A stretch of DNA of 64,000 nt, taken from assembly GCA_964016885.1 (NCBI GenBank), contig CAXHJY010001404.1, forward strand, positions 62,001 through 126,000, read 5' to 3'. Numbering within the stretch: the first letter of the stretch is position 1; the number at the start of each line of letters is the position of its first letter. Positions 1-12,414 of the stretch are shown here, one piece after another. A program made the translations under genes and the position numbers. This DNA comes from Eledone cirrhosa (Eukaryota). The notes under the pieces are model-generated. The model did no database searches, was not told where the DNA came from, and saw only the letters and a program-made list of their open reading frames with translations.

Positions 1-152
1 CAAGCAATTTCCATTTATCCAATTTCACTTGCAAGGCTTGGGTCAACTTAAGGCTACAGTAGAAGACACTTGCCCAAGATGCCAGGCAGTGGTATTGAAA
101 CCCAAATCTCATGATTGTGAAGCAAACTTCTTCACCATTTAGTCATGCTTGC
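1..152 (-). mobile_element. tRNA-derived SINE (Nin/CORE-type cephalopod family), head region
   Basis: Same motif (acaaggc..ggtca..gaggctatagtagaagacacttgcccaag..gcagtgggattgaa) recurs at about 3370-3650, 18335-18480 and 41240-41390; reverse complement has A/B-box-like head. Confidence 0.6.
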
Positions 153-235
153 ATATAAATCCAAATCCTTTAAAATGCAAGATGGTGTATGATGGGACCA
201 GAGGCTGTCCTAAAGGGATTGTTATAAAAAGGGTT

Positions 236-402
236 AATTTGTAGACCACTTAGTGTTGTATAGGTCTGCATAGTCTGTCCCCGTAACTTTTATGCTGTCC
301 AAGTTGACTGCCACTTCTGATCTGTCCTCCATCATGCTGTCCATCAATTGCTGGTAGATGGCCTGTGCTATTTTGATGCTGCAGGGTAGACAGTTGTACT
401 GA
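236..402 (-). pseudogene. Decayed Ty3/Gypsy reverse transcriptase fragment
   Basis: Manual translation YNCLPCSIKIAQAIYQQLMDSMMEDRSEVAVNLDSIKVTG resembles the Gypsy YxRLPFGIKxAPAIFQQLMD...YLDDI motif. Confidence 0.5.
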
Positions 403-486
403 AACATTTATTTCTATGAAACCATAACTAAGTTTGTGTTTTAAAATTTCTATTTAGAAAACTGCAAAATCATTGCCACCATTATC

Positions 487-518
<32 letters not shown>

Positions 519-1140
519 TTAACATGTTTTCTCTGTCAGCATGGGTTAGACAAGTTATCATTGAGCAAGTTAGTACTTTGAGCTACTGACTTCAGACACA
601 TCTGGTGAGGAGTGGGGAGCATATCTCACTTCCATACATTCCTGCATTCTCCTGTGTGCACCAAGTACATTTTATCATGGCACCAACACTAGAAAGGTTG
701 TCATGTCATTGGCACAACTAAAAAGTCTTTCCAACCCCTTTGTTTGGCAGGTTTTCTATGGCTCAATGACCTTCCTATCACCAACCACTTTATAGAGTGT
801 GCTGGGTGTGTTTATTGTATAGCTCACCAACACTAGAAGGGTTGTCATTTAAAAATATTTATTTGAATTAGAAGGATAATGTCTATTTCAGTTTTTCCGA
901 GATCTAAAATTGGTGGAAGCAAGACAATAAGAATCCGTGGCTCATGTAATGCCCTCAGACTAGACACCTGGTCTAAATTGTTGCAACAGGGTAACCTCAG
1001 CTAAAGGCACTCAAGTGCATTAGATATTACTTAAAGTTGAGAGTTCTACTTTTGTGTTGGTAGGGGGAGTAATTGCCATGTATGGAAAGTGGTCCTTTCA
1101 TAATTTCTTTAACACTTTGGTCTGATCTGAAAATTCATAA

Positions 1141-1995
1141 CGAATTAGCAGCAGAGGTGGGTGTTCAGAAAGTACAATAACTAGGGTAAGAACGGGATGG
1201 AAGAAGTTCAGGGAGCCACTGCTAGCTGCAAAAGGCTTTTCCCTCAAAATGAAAGGCAGATTGTATGATGAGTGTATACGAACAGCAATGTTACATGGTA
1301 GTGAGACCTGGGCGCTGTCTGTGGAAGACTTTCGTAGATTAGAAAGAAACGAAGCCTGCATGCTCAGATGGATGTGTAATAGTAATATACGCGAATGGCA
1401 AAGCATAAATGAATTGAGAGAGAGACTGAGCATAAGAGGAATCAAATGCTGTGTGCAGGAGAGGCGGTTGCGTTGGTATGGACATGTGATGCATATGAAG
1501 GATGACAGCTGCATAAAAAGGTGCAGAGCACTAGAAGTCGATGGAAACCGCGGAGTGGGGAGACCCAAGAAGACCTGGGATGAGGTGATAAAAGCCGACC
1601 ATACCCAATTAGACCTCTCAAAGGCGATGACACACGACCGTGACCTCTGGCGTCACGCAGTAATACAGAAGACCCGACCCCCCACGGGTACAAGCCGAAG
1701 CTGAAGCATATAGACAATATGCCCCCACACCCTCCCACTGCAAAGTGGTTATGGAGGCAAAAAGCACCCAGCCCACACTGTAAAGTGGACATGTAGGCGC
1801 CACGGGAAAAAAAGCACCCAGCACTCACTGTAAATGAGGTTGGTGTTAGGAAGGGCATCCAGCTGTAGAAATCAAGCAGAATCAGTTCCTGTATGAGCAA
1901 GGCATGGTCAGCCGACTGGACACTGCCCATATCAGGACAACCCGTCTAACCCATGCTAGCGTGGAAGAACGGACGTAAAACGGTGATGATGATGA
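1141..1995 (+). mobile_element. RTE-clade LINE, 5'-truncated 3' end (ORF C-terminus, 3' UTR, (GAT)n tail)
   Basis: ORF 1249-1704 with LHGSETW, RRLRWYGHV, GRPKKTW; ends in gatgatgatgat; near-identical to copies at 34190-35605 and 56385-56770. Confidence 0.9.
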
Positions 1996-2164
1996 TCCCC
2001 TCATTTTCTTCTCTGGATACGCCCCCCCCCCCCTCTACTAGTAGTGGTTATTATCCTACACCATTCAACATCATAAACAATGTGTTTGTGTTTTGACCAC
2101 TGTATTTGGCTTATCCACTGGATAGTAATTTTAAAATAGTCTTCAAATAATTTTCAAACACTTT

Positions 2165-2390
2165 TTAAATGATGATGAGGATGATAACAATAATGGAGAT
2201 GTTGCTAGCTATGAAAATGATGGAGACTAAGATGATGATGATAGAAATGATAGAGATGGTGTCGATGATGATGGGGATAGGGATGATGGAAGTGATGACG
2301 ATGAAGATTATAATGGTGACTACAAAGAGGATGATTATGATGGGGATGATGGTCACGACAATGATAATAGTGATGATGATGATGATGTAC
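2165..2390. repeat. Degenerate (GAT/ATC)n low-complexity tract
   Basis: Direct inspection; source of the Met/Ile-rich ORFs. Confidence 0.85.
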
Positions 2391-2608
2391 AACAAGATAT
2401 AGTGGAGATTTGAGAGGGTTAATTTAATCCACTCCCAAACAATAAAAAAGTGTTCGACTTGGACTGTGGTCATACTGGGGCACTACCTTTAAAGTTTTTA
2501 TGCCTCATATTGATACTGGTTATTTCAGTCTTATTGGTCTCTGTTTTTGTTTAATTGCGATGTTATGTTTTTTGAGACAATATTAGTTTTATATAAACAT
2601 AGACTCAG

Positions 2609-2661
<53 letters not shown>

Positions 2662-3439
2662 TACAGTACATGCTTGTATATAAGCTGAGAAATATGTGAC
2701 AAAAAAATCAATGGTAAAATGGTAGGAGCGATCAACTTACATTTGAATATGATGATAAAATATATTTGTTTTGGAAGTAAATATTACACCAGTTACCGTT
2801 TAGAGTTGACTATTACGCTGATTTTACTTTCATCATGAAATTCGTACTTCCAATTGTTTTTTTATATGCTTCAAATGAATATGGTCTTAAAATGATCAGA
2901 AATTGGTTAAAAAATCATTACGTAATGGAGTTGTGAAACAAAAACTATACTCTAGATAACACATAATACATTTTTTAAATATCAAAACCACACCATCGAA
3001 ACATAATGTGTCGGTTACCTACCTCAGCTTATAAATGGGGTTTGGATTTCTGCCTATTTCTCGGGCATAAAATTGGGGGTTGGCTTATATTTGACTATAT
3101 ATAGTACATACATACACACACACACACACACATATTCACCCTCATCATCATTGTCATCATTTAATCCTCCTGATTTTTTGTTTGATAGGTTTTCTATGTA
3201 TGGATGCCTTTCCTATCAAATATATAGATGGTGGTAGCTAGAGGACCAAACCAAAATATAGAACTTATGAACAAGATGTAGTTATCTGACCATATCTTGC
3301 TGACCCAGCCAACCCATGCTGCCAAGAAAACAGATGTAAAAATGATGGTGATATATATATGGATATATAATGGGTTTCTGCACAATCTCCACCTACTAAT
3401 TTCCCTCATAAACCATTGGTCAACCTGAAGTTATTGAAC

Positions 3440-3580
3440 AGTCGTAAGCAAACTAGCCTGTGAGCCACATGTGACCCGTTTGGGACTTTCTGAATGGCCC
3501 ACCTAATTTCAAAATTACCCTGAATTTTTTAGTAGTGTGGCCTGCCTATGCAGTTTACTGCTTGAAAAAGGTTGCCCATA
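3440..3580. mobile_element. Probable hAT-type MITE nested in a SINE
   Basis: gcctgtgagccacatgtgacccg internal motif and aaaaggttgcccat terminus resemble hAT/Charlie MITE ends; it interrupts the SINE at 3370-3650. Confidence 0.35.
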
Positions 3581-3682
3581 GATGATGTTTCAGATACCAT
3601 GCAGTGAGATTGAACTTGGGATCATGTACTTCTTAACCACATGGCTGTCCTATTCACAAATCATCATCATTCTCAATATTAT

Positions 3683-4700
3683 TGGCAGTATCAGTAAAGC
3701 GTCAGACAACATGCTTTGTTGCATCGATTCATGACCCTTCACGTTTTGTGTTCAAATCCCACTGAGGTTAGCTTTGCCTTTCATTCTTATGGGATCGATA
3801 AAATGAAGTACTGGTTATGTTCTGGGGTCAATTTAATTGACTTTTCTGCTCCCTTCAAATTTCCAACCTTGTGCCAAAAATAGAAACAATTATTATTTAG
3901 GGCGAGGGTTTGGCAGAGGCATTAGAGCGTTGGACAAATGCATTGCAGTATTTGTTTGGTCTCTACGTTGAGGTCAACTTTTCCTTTCATCTTTCCGAGG
4001 TTGATAAAATAAAGTACCAGTCAATTATTGGGGTGGTTATGATCTACTTTCCCTGTCCCCAAATTGCTAGTATTGTACCAATTAATATTGTTATTGTTAC
4101 TTTTACCTGCTCCTTATGTTCTTAGTTTAGATATTGCCACAATCAACTTTGCCATTCATCCTTCTGGGGTCAATAAAATAAAGTACCAGTCAGGTGCTGG
4201 GGTTAATTCAAATGACTTACCTTCCCCCCAAATTACTAGCCTTGTACATAAATAACAAACTATTATTATTTTTTAAATGGCGTGGAGTTACGACCCTTTA
4301 AGTTCTGAGTTCAAATCCCTCCAAAGTTAGCTTTGTTTTTCATCCTTACGGGGTCAATAATTAAAGCACCAGTAATGCACTGGGGTTGATTTAATCGACT
4401 TTCCCCTCCCATTCAAATTGCTGGCCATGTGCCTAAAGTAGAAACAATTATTATAAAAGGTGATGACTTGGCAGAACCTTTAGAACGGCAGACAAAATGC
4501 TTTGCAGCATTTAGTTACAGCCCTTTATATTCTGGGTTGAAATCCTATTGAGGTGAACTTTGCCTTTTATTCTTCTCTGATCAATAAAATTAAGTACCAA
4601 TTGAGCATTAGAGTCAATTTAATCAACTATCATATACACTCAGAATTGCTGGCCTTGTGCTTAAATTAGAAACCTTTGTTAGTTATTATCTTTGTTATTA
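3683..4700 (+). mobile_element. Head-to-tail array of about 5 Meta-domain SINE copies
   Basis: Five repeats of ctttgcctttcatcctt..ggggtcgataaaataaagtaccag...ggccttgtgcc..tagaaacaattatt, several with the B-box gagttcaaatccc. Confidence 0.85.
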
Positions 4701-4917
4701 TTTATTTACTGATAGAATGCGATTAAAAAAAATGTCTTTATGTATGATGTGAATATCTGAGTGTGTGTGTATGTGTGTGTAAATATACATGTGAATATGT
4801 GTATGTGCGTGAGTGTTTCTTTGTGTTCCAGTTTTAAAATAGTTATTAAAATGTAAATTAACAATCTATTTTTAGAAGCGTTGAGTGAGTTACAAATTTT
4901 TGAAAATTAAGATAATT

Positions 4918-5172
4918 TAAAGTTAATGGTTACAGCACTTTTTTTTTTTTACTATGAAAGATAGTCTCATTAGTAGGTTATATAAGACCCTGGAGACAGA
5001 ATAAATGGACAACGTTACCTGTGGGACTTGAACTCACACATTCCATATATACGTTATATGGAAGGTACGAGTTCAAGTCGCATAGGTGTTGCTCTCTGTC
5101 TTCAGGGTCTTATTAGACTATATTTCATAGTAAAAAAAATAACAAAAAAGTGTATTATAGCTTTTAACGTTA
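4918..5172. repeat. Imperfect foldback (palindromic) element
   Basis: Arms ttttactatgaaa/tttcatagtaaaa, ataagaccctggagacaga/tctgtcttcagggtcttat, gacttgaactc/gagttcaagtc, ttccatata/tatatggaa; centre about 5052. Confidence 0.8.
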
Positions 5173-5404
5173 CTCTCATGTTCATTTGATTTGTCCTCCA
5201 CTCCTAATTCTACACAAGCCTAGATACATATCTTCAGACTGCTGTTGAAATGTCAATTGCTGCATATTTAACAGTTCTATGAATGTAAGCCCAAATGGTG
5301 TCTGCCTCTTGTTGGCCCCTTATATCTCTTGTACTGCAGTGACTGTGCATTATATTTTAAGCTACCCTTCTTTCTATTTAAACCACCTTTCTAAATACTT
5401 TGGG

Positions 5405-5610
5405 CTGGCCAACGCAAAGTTGGTAATAGGCTGAAGCCAGATGTCAAATGTAGGTCCTCCATAGCTGGAAATAAATGCAGGCTGGTAATAAATGCAGGCC
5501 AGATGTGAAATGTAGGTCCTCCCAAAGTTGATAATAGGTTCTGGCCTAAAATGTAGGTCTCTCTAAAGCTGGGACTAGGTCTAGGCCAGATGTAAAATGT
5601 GGTCCCATAT
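5405..5610 (+). repeat. Diverged minisatellite (about 40-bp unit ggccagatgtgaaatgtaggtcctcc)
   Basis: Four recognisable copies of aaatgtaggtc or a close variant. Confidence 0.6.
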
Positions 5611-5988
5611 CAAACAACTCATTAGATATTTTAGTAATCTATGCTAAGTATATATGATGTGTGTTATTGAGTACATTACATGCAGTGAGTGTACATGATT
5701 TACTTGCAAATAACAGAAAAAAAAGCTTCCCTCTGCTATTCTGGCCTGATTATCAACAATGAACCCCCTAATTAAAATGGTTGTCATTGCTTCCTTTATA
5801 ACTTCTGATAGCAAGCCACCCACCTATGACTGCCCCTGATCTAGTGGCACCAACCTGACAAAGTCCATTTCTTCTTTGTTATCAACTCACCTAAGACCCT
5901 CCCACCCCCTCTGATTCCGTGACACCAACTTGACCAAGGCTACCCCTTGTATCATGTTAGCATATCAAAGTGTTCTTATATATATATA

Positions 5989-6345
5989 TCATCATCATCA
6001 TTTAACGTCTATCTTCCACGCTTGCATGGGTTTAGACGGGAATTGTCCCACTTGAGGCAAGATTGGTCGTCTCGCTCGTATGGGACTGTCTGGTAGGTTT
6101 TCTCCGGCTGGATGCCCTTCCTAACACCAACCATGTTTACAGTGTGGACTGGGAGGTTTTTACCGTGTTACCTACATGGCCACATTACAGCGTGGACTGT
6201 GTTTTTTTGTCGTGACACCTACACAACCTCATTTATTTAGGACTGGATGTTGTGGTACCAACATAACTTTACAGAAAAAGGGGTGGTGTTGATGTGGGTG
6301 GGGGTGTATATTTGATTAAGAGGTGCCTACTGACTGTAGGTTTCG
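5989..6345 (-). mobile_element. RTE LINE 3' UTR fragment (same subfamily as 53570-55285)
   Basis: Reverse complement matches the 3' UTR at 54810-55285 and ends in the (GAT)n tail. Confidence 0.75.
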
Positions 6346-6949
6346 TTTATATATATATTAGAATATCAGCATTAACCCCATTTCATGAATAGTAAAACTA
6401 GATACCTGTCAATAAAGCTCCTATAAATAGTTCTTTGGGATTATATTCTAAATGCCTGATATATCATCACCCTACCACTGGCACTGCTGCCACTGTCAAC
6501 ACCACCACCAGCAGCACGATTTTGTACCTGCTTTTCATGTAACAATGGGTTAACTGGTTCATTATAGCCTAAGTCATTCCTCATTTAGAGTTACTTGATG
6601 GGTCAGCAGATTACTTCTCATTCTTACATTTCATTTTTGGCATGGTTTCTATAGCTGGATGCTCTTCCTAACACTAACCACTTTATAGTGTGTTCTAGGC
6701 ATATTTTATCCTGGCACTAGTTAGTACTGGGGATATATTATGCCCTAGGCAAAACTAAAGGGTCTTTTTATTACATACCATTATAAAATATGATGAATTA
6801 GTTATTTCTAGAAACATCTCCAAATTCTTGTTTTGGAAATATCAGCTAAGTCTCAATATACAAATATTATGGTCACTGTTGAATGTTTTTGATGGTAGGT
6901 TGCTTGACCAGAGACGATCTTGGGTTAAACAACAATATCAACCAAGCAA

Positions 6950-7680
6950 GAGGGGATAGTTAAGTTGATAATGACACATTAAATAATGTAGACTTACCTG
7001 CCTGCGCATCTGCTCTGTTGGGGCTAATGAAAGCTAACCAGTGTTAAACAGTATTAACTAAGGCTAACCATTGTTAACCAGGGCAAAACATCAATAACTA
7101 CATTGAGAGTTATTAATGATTGCCAGTCTGTTAACTAGAGACCACAGTGTTTTCAGTTCCTTTTTCACACTTTAGCTGTCTACATGTCTACATCAGTCCT
7201 AAGATGTCAGGGACATCTAGATATAGAGAGGATAATTAAGTTGATAATTAATGACACATTAAATAATGTAGTCTTATAAGCCCTTATGTCTGCTTAGTCA
7301 GAGCTAACTATGGCTTTGATGGTTGACCTGGGCTAAACAGCAACTACACTGAGAATCTTTCTCTTTGCCAGTCTTTTAAATGGAGATCGCAGTGTTTTTA
7401 GCTTCTTTTTCACAGTTTAGCTGTCTACATGTCTCTCTACATAATGTCTCTACATGATGTCTCTCTATCTACATGATCTCTCTCTATCTTTATGATGTCT
7501 CTCTATCTACATGTTGTTTCTACATGATGTCTTTGTTTACATGATGTCTCTCTCTACAAGATGTCTCTTTCTACAAGATGCCTCTTTCTACATGATGTCT
7601 CTATCAACATGATGTCTCTCTCTCCATCAGTTCTACACCAGTCCTAAGCAGCCAAGAAGATACTAGGAATATCTAGATAT
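6950..7680 (+). repeat. Diverged tandem duplication (about 280-bp unit) with ctacatgatgtctct minisatellite expansion in the second unit
   Basis: taagttgataat..gacacattaaataatgtag at about 6960 and 7237; ttagctgtctacatgtct in both; minisatellite at 7425-7625. Confidence 0.7.
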
Positions 7681-7781
7681 TTAGGCATCCCCAGATATCT
7701 CTTTCAATCTGGCTGCAGTCTCACATCTTTCTATTGCCTGTGGAGACACTTTGCCCAACTACTGTTAATTATGTTTCATCC

Positions 7782-8235
7782 TGGCTATAGGCACAGGTGG
7801 TCATAAGCACAGATGGCTATGGGAACAGGTGGTTATAGGCATAGATGGTTACAGACATAGGCATGGTTATAGGCATAGATGGTTACAGACATAGGCATGG
7901 CTATAGGCACAGATGGCCATAAGCACAGTTGGCCATGGGTACATGCATGGCTATAGGTGCACAGATGACCAGAGGCACAGGCATGGCTATAGGCATATAC
8001 ATGGCTATATGTACAAACATGGCTATCTGCACGGATGTCTATAGGCACAGATGGCTTGGCACAGGCATGACTATAGGCACAAATGGCCATAAGGACAGTT
8101 GGCTATAGGCACAGGCATGGTTATCTGCACAGATGGCGATAGACACATATATCGCTACAGGAACAGGTGTGGTTATCTGCACAGGTACGGTTATCTGCAC
8201 AAATGGCTATTGGCTCAAGTATGGCTACAGATTTG
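7782..8235 (+). repeat. 18-bp minisatellite (ggctataggcacaggcat/agat)
   Basis: More than 20 diverged copies visible. Confidence 0.85.
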
Positions 8236-8716
8236 GCTTGACTGTTGGATTAAGAAGTTTGATCTGTAACCACAATGTTTTGTGTTCTATCCCACTGTGT
8301 CGTACATTACTATAACCTTAGACTAACTACTTCTTGGTGAGGGAATTAGGTAGATGGAAACTGTATCGAAACCCATCATGTATATGTATGTAGGTGTGTG
8401 TGTGTATTTATCTCATCTTATCTTCACATTTGACACTACTTGCACAGTTGGTAATGTTTGTTTCACATAAACAGTATATCCTGTGGTTCAATGGTTTCAG
8501 GTGCAAAAATCATTATCTTACAAACAAAAGAGTTGGCATCAGGCCTTAGAATTCTACCCCAAAAAGAAACTTGTTCAACCCATTCCATCCCATGGAAAAG
8601 GTGACGTAAAAATAATGGAAGTGGTGATGGTGTCATTAGCAAAAAACGAAACCTTACATATGTGAGGAGGGTTGCAATGTCTGGAAGAACTGACTTTTTT
8701 TTTTAAGAACAGCTGA

Positions 8717-8953
8717 TTAACCCTTTTGATACCAAACTTTTTGAAACTGCCCCTGGTTTTATTAAAGAAAACTATTTATTTTGAAGACTTTATATTTATC
8801 TAAAAGCCTTCCCTCATAATGTTATGCAAGAACCTTTAAATCATTGTTTCAAACACCAACTTAATAAATAAGTTTAATATTTTACTAAGTTATCGATTAT
8901 TTTTCAAAATCATATGCAGTGTCTTACATTAGAATTATGGTAAAGAAAGGGTT
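8717..8953. mobile_element. TTAA-flanked piggyBac-like MITE
   Basis: Starts ttaacccttttgatacca, ends ggtaaagaaagggtt; related copies at about 37178-37735, 41770-42004, 60336-60768 and 62455. Confidence 0.6.
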
Positions 8954-9049
8954 GTATTAAAAAAATAGAATGTGTGTGTTGGAGGAGGGGGGGGGGGGTT
9001 ACCTAAGTTTTCTTTTGATTTTGACTGTTGATCTCATTTCAGAGCAAAA

Positions 9050-9425
9050 TTGGTTGGTTTTGCCCGTAAAATCTATGCAGCGATTCTTTCCTGAGACATT
9101 CTAACAACATGCCCATAGTATTGGAGCTGTGATCTCTCAATTCGGAGCTTTACCTGGAGTGACTCTATTATCTCCAAGCTATGCACTTTATCGAGTAATG
9201 TTACTCCAAAGACCCTTCATTATGGTGAATTGGCAGTATCGGTAGAGGGTCAGACGCCATGCTTTCTAGCATAGTTACGTCCCTTTACGGTTTGAGTTCA
9301 AATCCCGTTGAGGTTAACTTTGCCTTTCATCCTTATGGGGTCGATAAAATAAAGTACCAGTAATTGCTGGCCTTGTGCCAAAAGTAGAAACAATTATTAT
9401 TATTATTTGATGGATTGGCAGTATC
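9050..9425 (+). repeat. 376-bp duplicate of 10054-10429
   Basis: About 6 mismatches; flanked by direct repeat atctcatttcagagcaaaat (9031-9050 and 9423-9442). Confidence 0.9.
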
Positions 9426-9879
9426 TCATTTCAGAGCAAAATCCTCTGTATGATTAGCCAATAATCAGAGTATTTGCATGATCACTTGATCTGCTAGAAA
9501 AAGCAAATAAAATCTTCCTCAAACTTTCATCATACCATCTAAAAACAACAAAACAAAAAAATCAAATAGGATAATGTAGTCCTAGAGACATCATTATCAT
9601 TATTTTTATGCCTGCTTGAATTGGACAGAATATTTTGAGGCAGTGTTTTACAGCGGATGCCCTTCTTGATGCCAACCATTTTAGTTTTCTCTTACAACAC
9701 TCACTGTGTGCCTTTTCTTCTTCTTATTATTATTATTTGTAACGCTTTTGTTCTGGCAGATGTTATACCAACACTATACCAAAAGAGCAAACCATAGCCA
9801 ATGGTCAAAGGTCCTTTGGGTCATTCCTTCTTCAACTTTCCAACACCCTTCTTAGAATTCTTGCAATTCTACAATAATC

Positions 9880-10225
9880 CTGTCCTTTTTTTTTCTTCTT
9901 TGCCCACTTATTCCTGAGAGAGTCAGGGGGAAGAGTCCTCAAACACTCCTTCTAGCAGGTCCTGTCAGAAGCAACCATCTCCAACTGATCTGGCTGGATC
10001 CTCAAATGTAACCAGCCAACCATCTTGTTCGGGGTCTACCCCTGGGTCTCTTGTTGGTTGGTTTTGCCCGTAAAATCTATGCAGCGATTCTTTCCTGAGA
10101 CATTCTAACAACATGCCCATAGTATTGGAGCTGTGATCTCTCAATTCGGAGCTTTACCTGGAGTGACTCTATTATCTCCAAGCTATGCACTTTATCGAGT
10201 AACGTTACTCCAAAGACCCTTCATT
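9880..10225 (-). mobile_element. RTE (Expander/Rex3-like) LINE 3' fragment
   Basis: Minus translation LRIERSQLQYYGHVVRMSQERIAA..LRAKPTNKRPRGRPRTRW. Confidence 0.7.
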
Positions 10226-10638
10226 ATGGTGAATTGGCAGTATTGGTAGAGGGTCAGACGCCATGCTTTCTAGCATAGATACGTCCCTTTACGGTTTGAG
10301 TTCAAATCCCGTCGAGGTTAACTTTGCCTTTCATCCTTACGGGGTCGATAAAATAAAGTACCAGTAATTGCTGGCCTTGTGCCAAAAGTAGAAACAATTA
10401 TTATTATTATTTGGTGGATTGGCAGTATCAGTAGAGCATCGGACAACAAGCTTAGTGACATAAGGTTACGGTCCTCTACATTCTGAGTTCAAATCCTGCC
10501 GAGGTTAGCTTTGCCTTTTATACTCAAGGGGTCGATAAAATAAAGTACCAGTAATGCATTGGGGTCAATTTAATCGACTTTCCCTTTTCTCTTCAAATTG
10601 CTTGCCTTGTGCCTTAAGTAGAAACAATTATTATTATA
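10226..10638 (+). mobile_element. Two tandem Meta-domain SINE copies
   Basis: ggtgaattggcagtat head, gagttcaaatccc B-box, Meta core, (ATT)n tails. Confidence 0.8.
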
Positions 10639-12103
10639 TACACTGTCTGAATAAAAGATGTCTGTTATTATTGATATGCTTAATAAGGGCTGATGAGCTG
10701 GAAGCTAAACATCAAAAGTAGTCTTCAAATGTTATCGTTAAATTTGATAAGGTTAAGTACTCAACGTGTTCTCTTGTTGCTTTACAATTATGTATTACTG
10801 GTCCTGTGGTCACAACACTACTAACCTTGCTACCACTTCTATTGTATTGTATTTTAACATATATACAGTGTAGTGTTTCATTCTATGCTACCCATTCCTC
10901 CTGGAGCCCTCTCCCTCTAAAATACCTGTCTCATATTTAGTTAATTGCTCTCCCTCTTCCTCCTCCCCTACTTTCACTTTCACTGGTTCTTTTTGGTTGA
11001 TTGGTTGGTGAGTTACTTTCAATAAGGAGGGAGGAGAAAATAGTGGTAGGGGATGGGGTGCTATATCTGCAATGATACCATTTCTGCATTCAGTTAAATG
11101 TATGCAAATTTCTGAATTCATAGAAACCTTCTAATGTATAATAAAAGAAAAAAAACTAAATAAAAACCCAACTAAGAAATGTCGTCATCGTTGTCATCAC
11201 CACCATCATTATCATTATTATCACCATATATATATATTTTCGGTATGGATGATTGTAAAGTCTACTTCTCTCCATCAAATGATATCAGTTAAGATTGCTT
11301 TGCTTTAATGAATGCTGCTGCTCATTCACTGACTCTATATCAAATATATTTGGCTTGAATTAATATCAACAATTTGTTTCTATTTTATTTTATTTCATTT
11401 CATTCTATTTTATTTGTATTTTTATAAATGATTGGGGAAAGAGTAAGAGAGAGTAACAAAGGAAAGAGATAGAGATACATAAGGAGAGGAGGTGCTTTAT
11501 TTATTTGTTCCTTCTTGGTAGCCATTGTTGTGTGATGGAGAAAAGGTTAAAAAAACAAACAAACAAACAAAAAGAGGAAGAAAGAAAAACTAATAAATAA
11601 TATGAAGGAAGAAGAAAGACGACATCATGAAGAAATCCTCCATCTTTTAGATTTGTTGTCAATTAATTGTAAATCTGTGAGAAAACGGTGAGGAAATTTT
11701 TGGAAATTTCCATAATGAAATGCTGAAGTTAATTTAGTGTGTATGATCAAAGAAATTGACTTGTGTCTGGTGTTTATGGCAAACTAAATGTCGATTCTGT
11801 TCATATTGGATACCATCGATTCTGAGTTGGTTTTTCCATAAAACAATTCACCTGATTCAGCAGCCATTGCTGTTATCTTTTAGTTTAGAAGTTATTTTAT
11901 AATATCTTTCCATTTCGCCACCCCTCCTCATTGCTACTATTGTTCTTGTTCTCTCTTATCTGTGTTGTGTGATTTTCATGTTGATGGTCAATGTTGCTTC
12001 TCACAGCTTCATTTATTTATTTCTGTATTTATTCCTTGCTGATTTAATTACTCCTCGCATCTATCTATATAATAGATATATATCTGTAACATTTTCAAAA
12101 CTA

Positions 12104-12146
<43 letters not shown>

Positions 12147-12192
12147 TATATATGTATATAGATATATATATTTATAAACTCATACACACACA

Positions 12193-12242
<50 letters not shown>

Positions 12243-12414
12243 CACAGATGGAAGAAGACTAGTGAAAGAGAACAAAAAATCTCATTTCGTCTCTACAAAA
12301 TTGTTTTCTAATCTTGATCAGCCATTTTGATTTTATAAATACCTAATAAATTTTGCTGTTGTCATTTCTTTTGGTTGAGGATTTTCTTCTCTTTTTCTGT
12401 CTTTGCATTTCTAG

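Noticed and set aside
1098-1930. Long ORFs antisense to the TE ORFs (also 34349-35308 +, 53794-54519 -, 58263-58871 +)
   Set aside because: Shadow frames of TE coding sequence
2165-2473. Ile-rich and Met-rich ORFs
   Set aside because: Translations of a (GAT)n tract
7833-8090. His/Cys-rich repetitive ORF; array superficially CRISPR-like
   Set aside because: 18-bp minisatellite without unique spacers, in eukaryotic DNA
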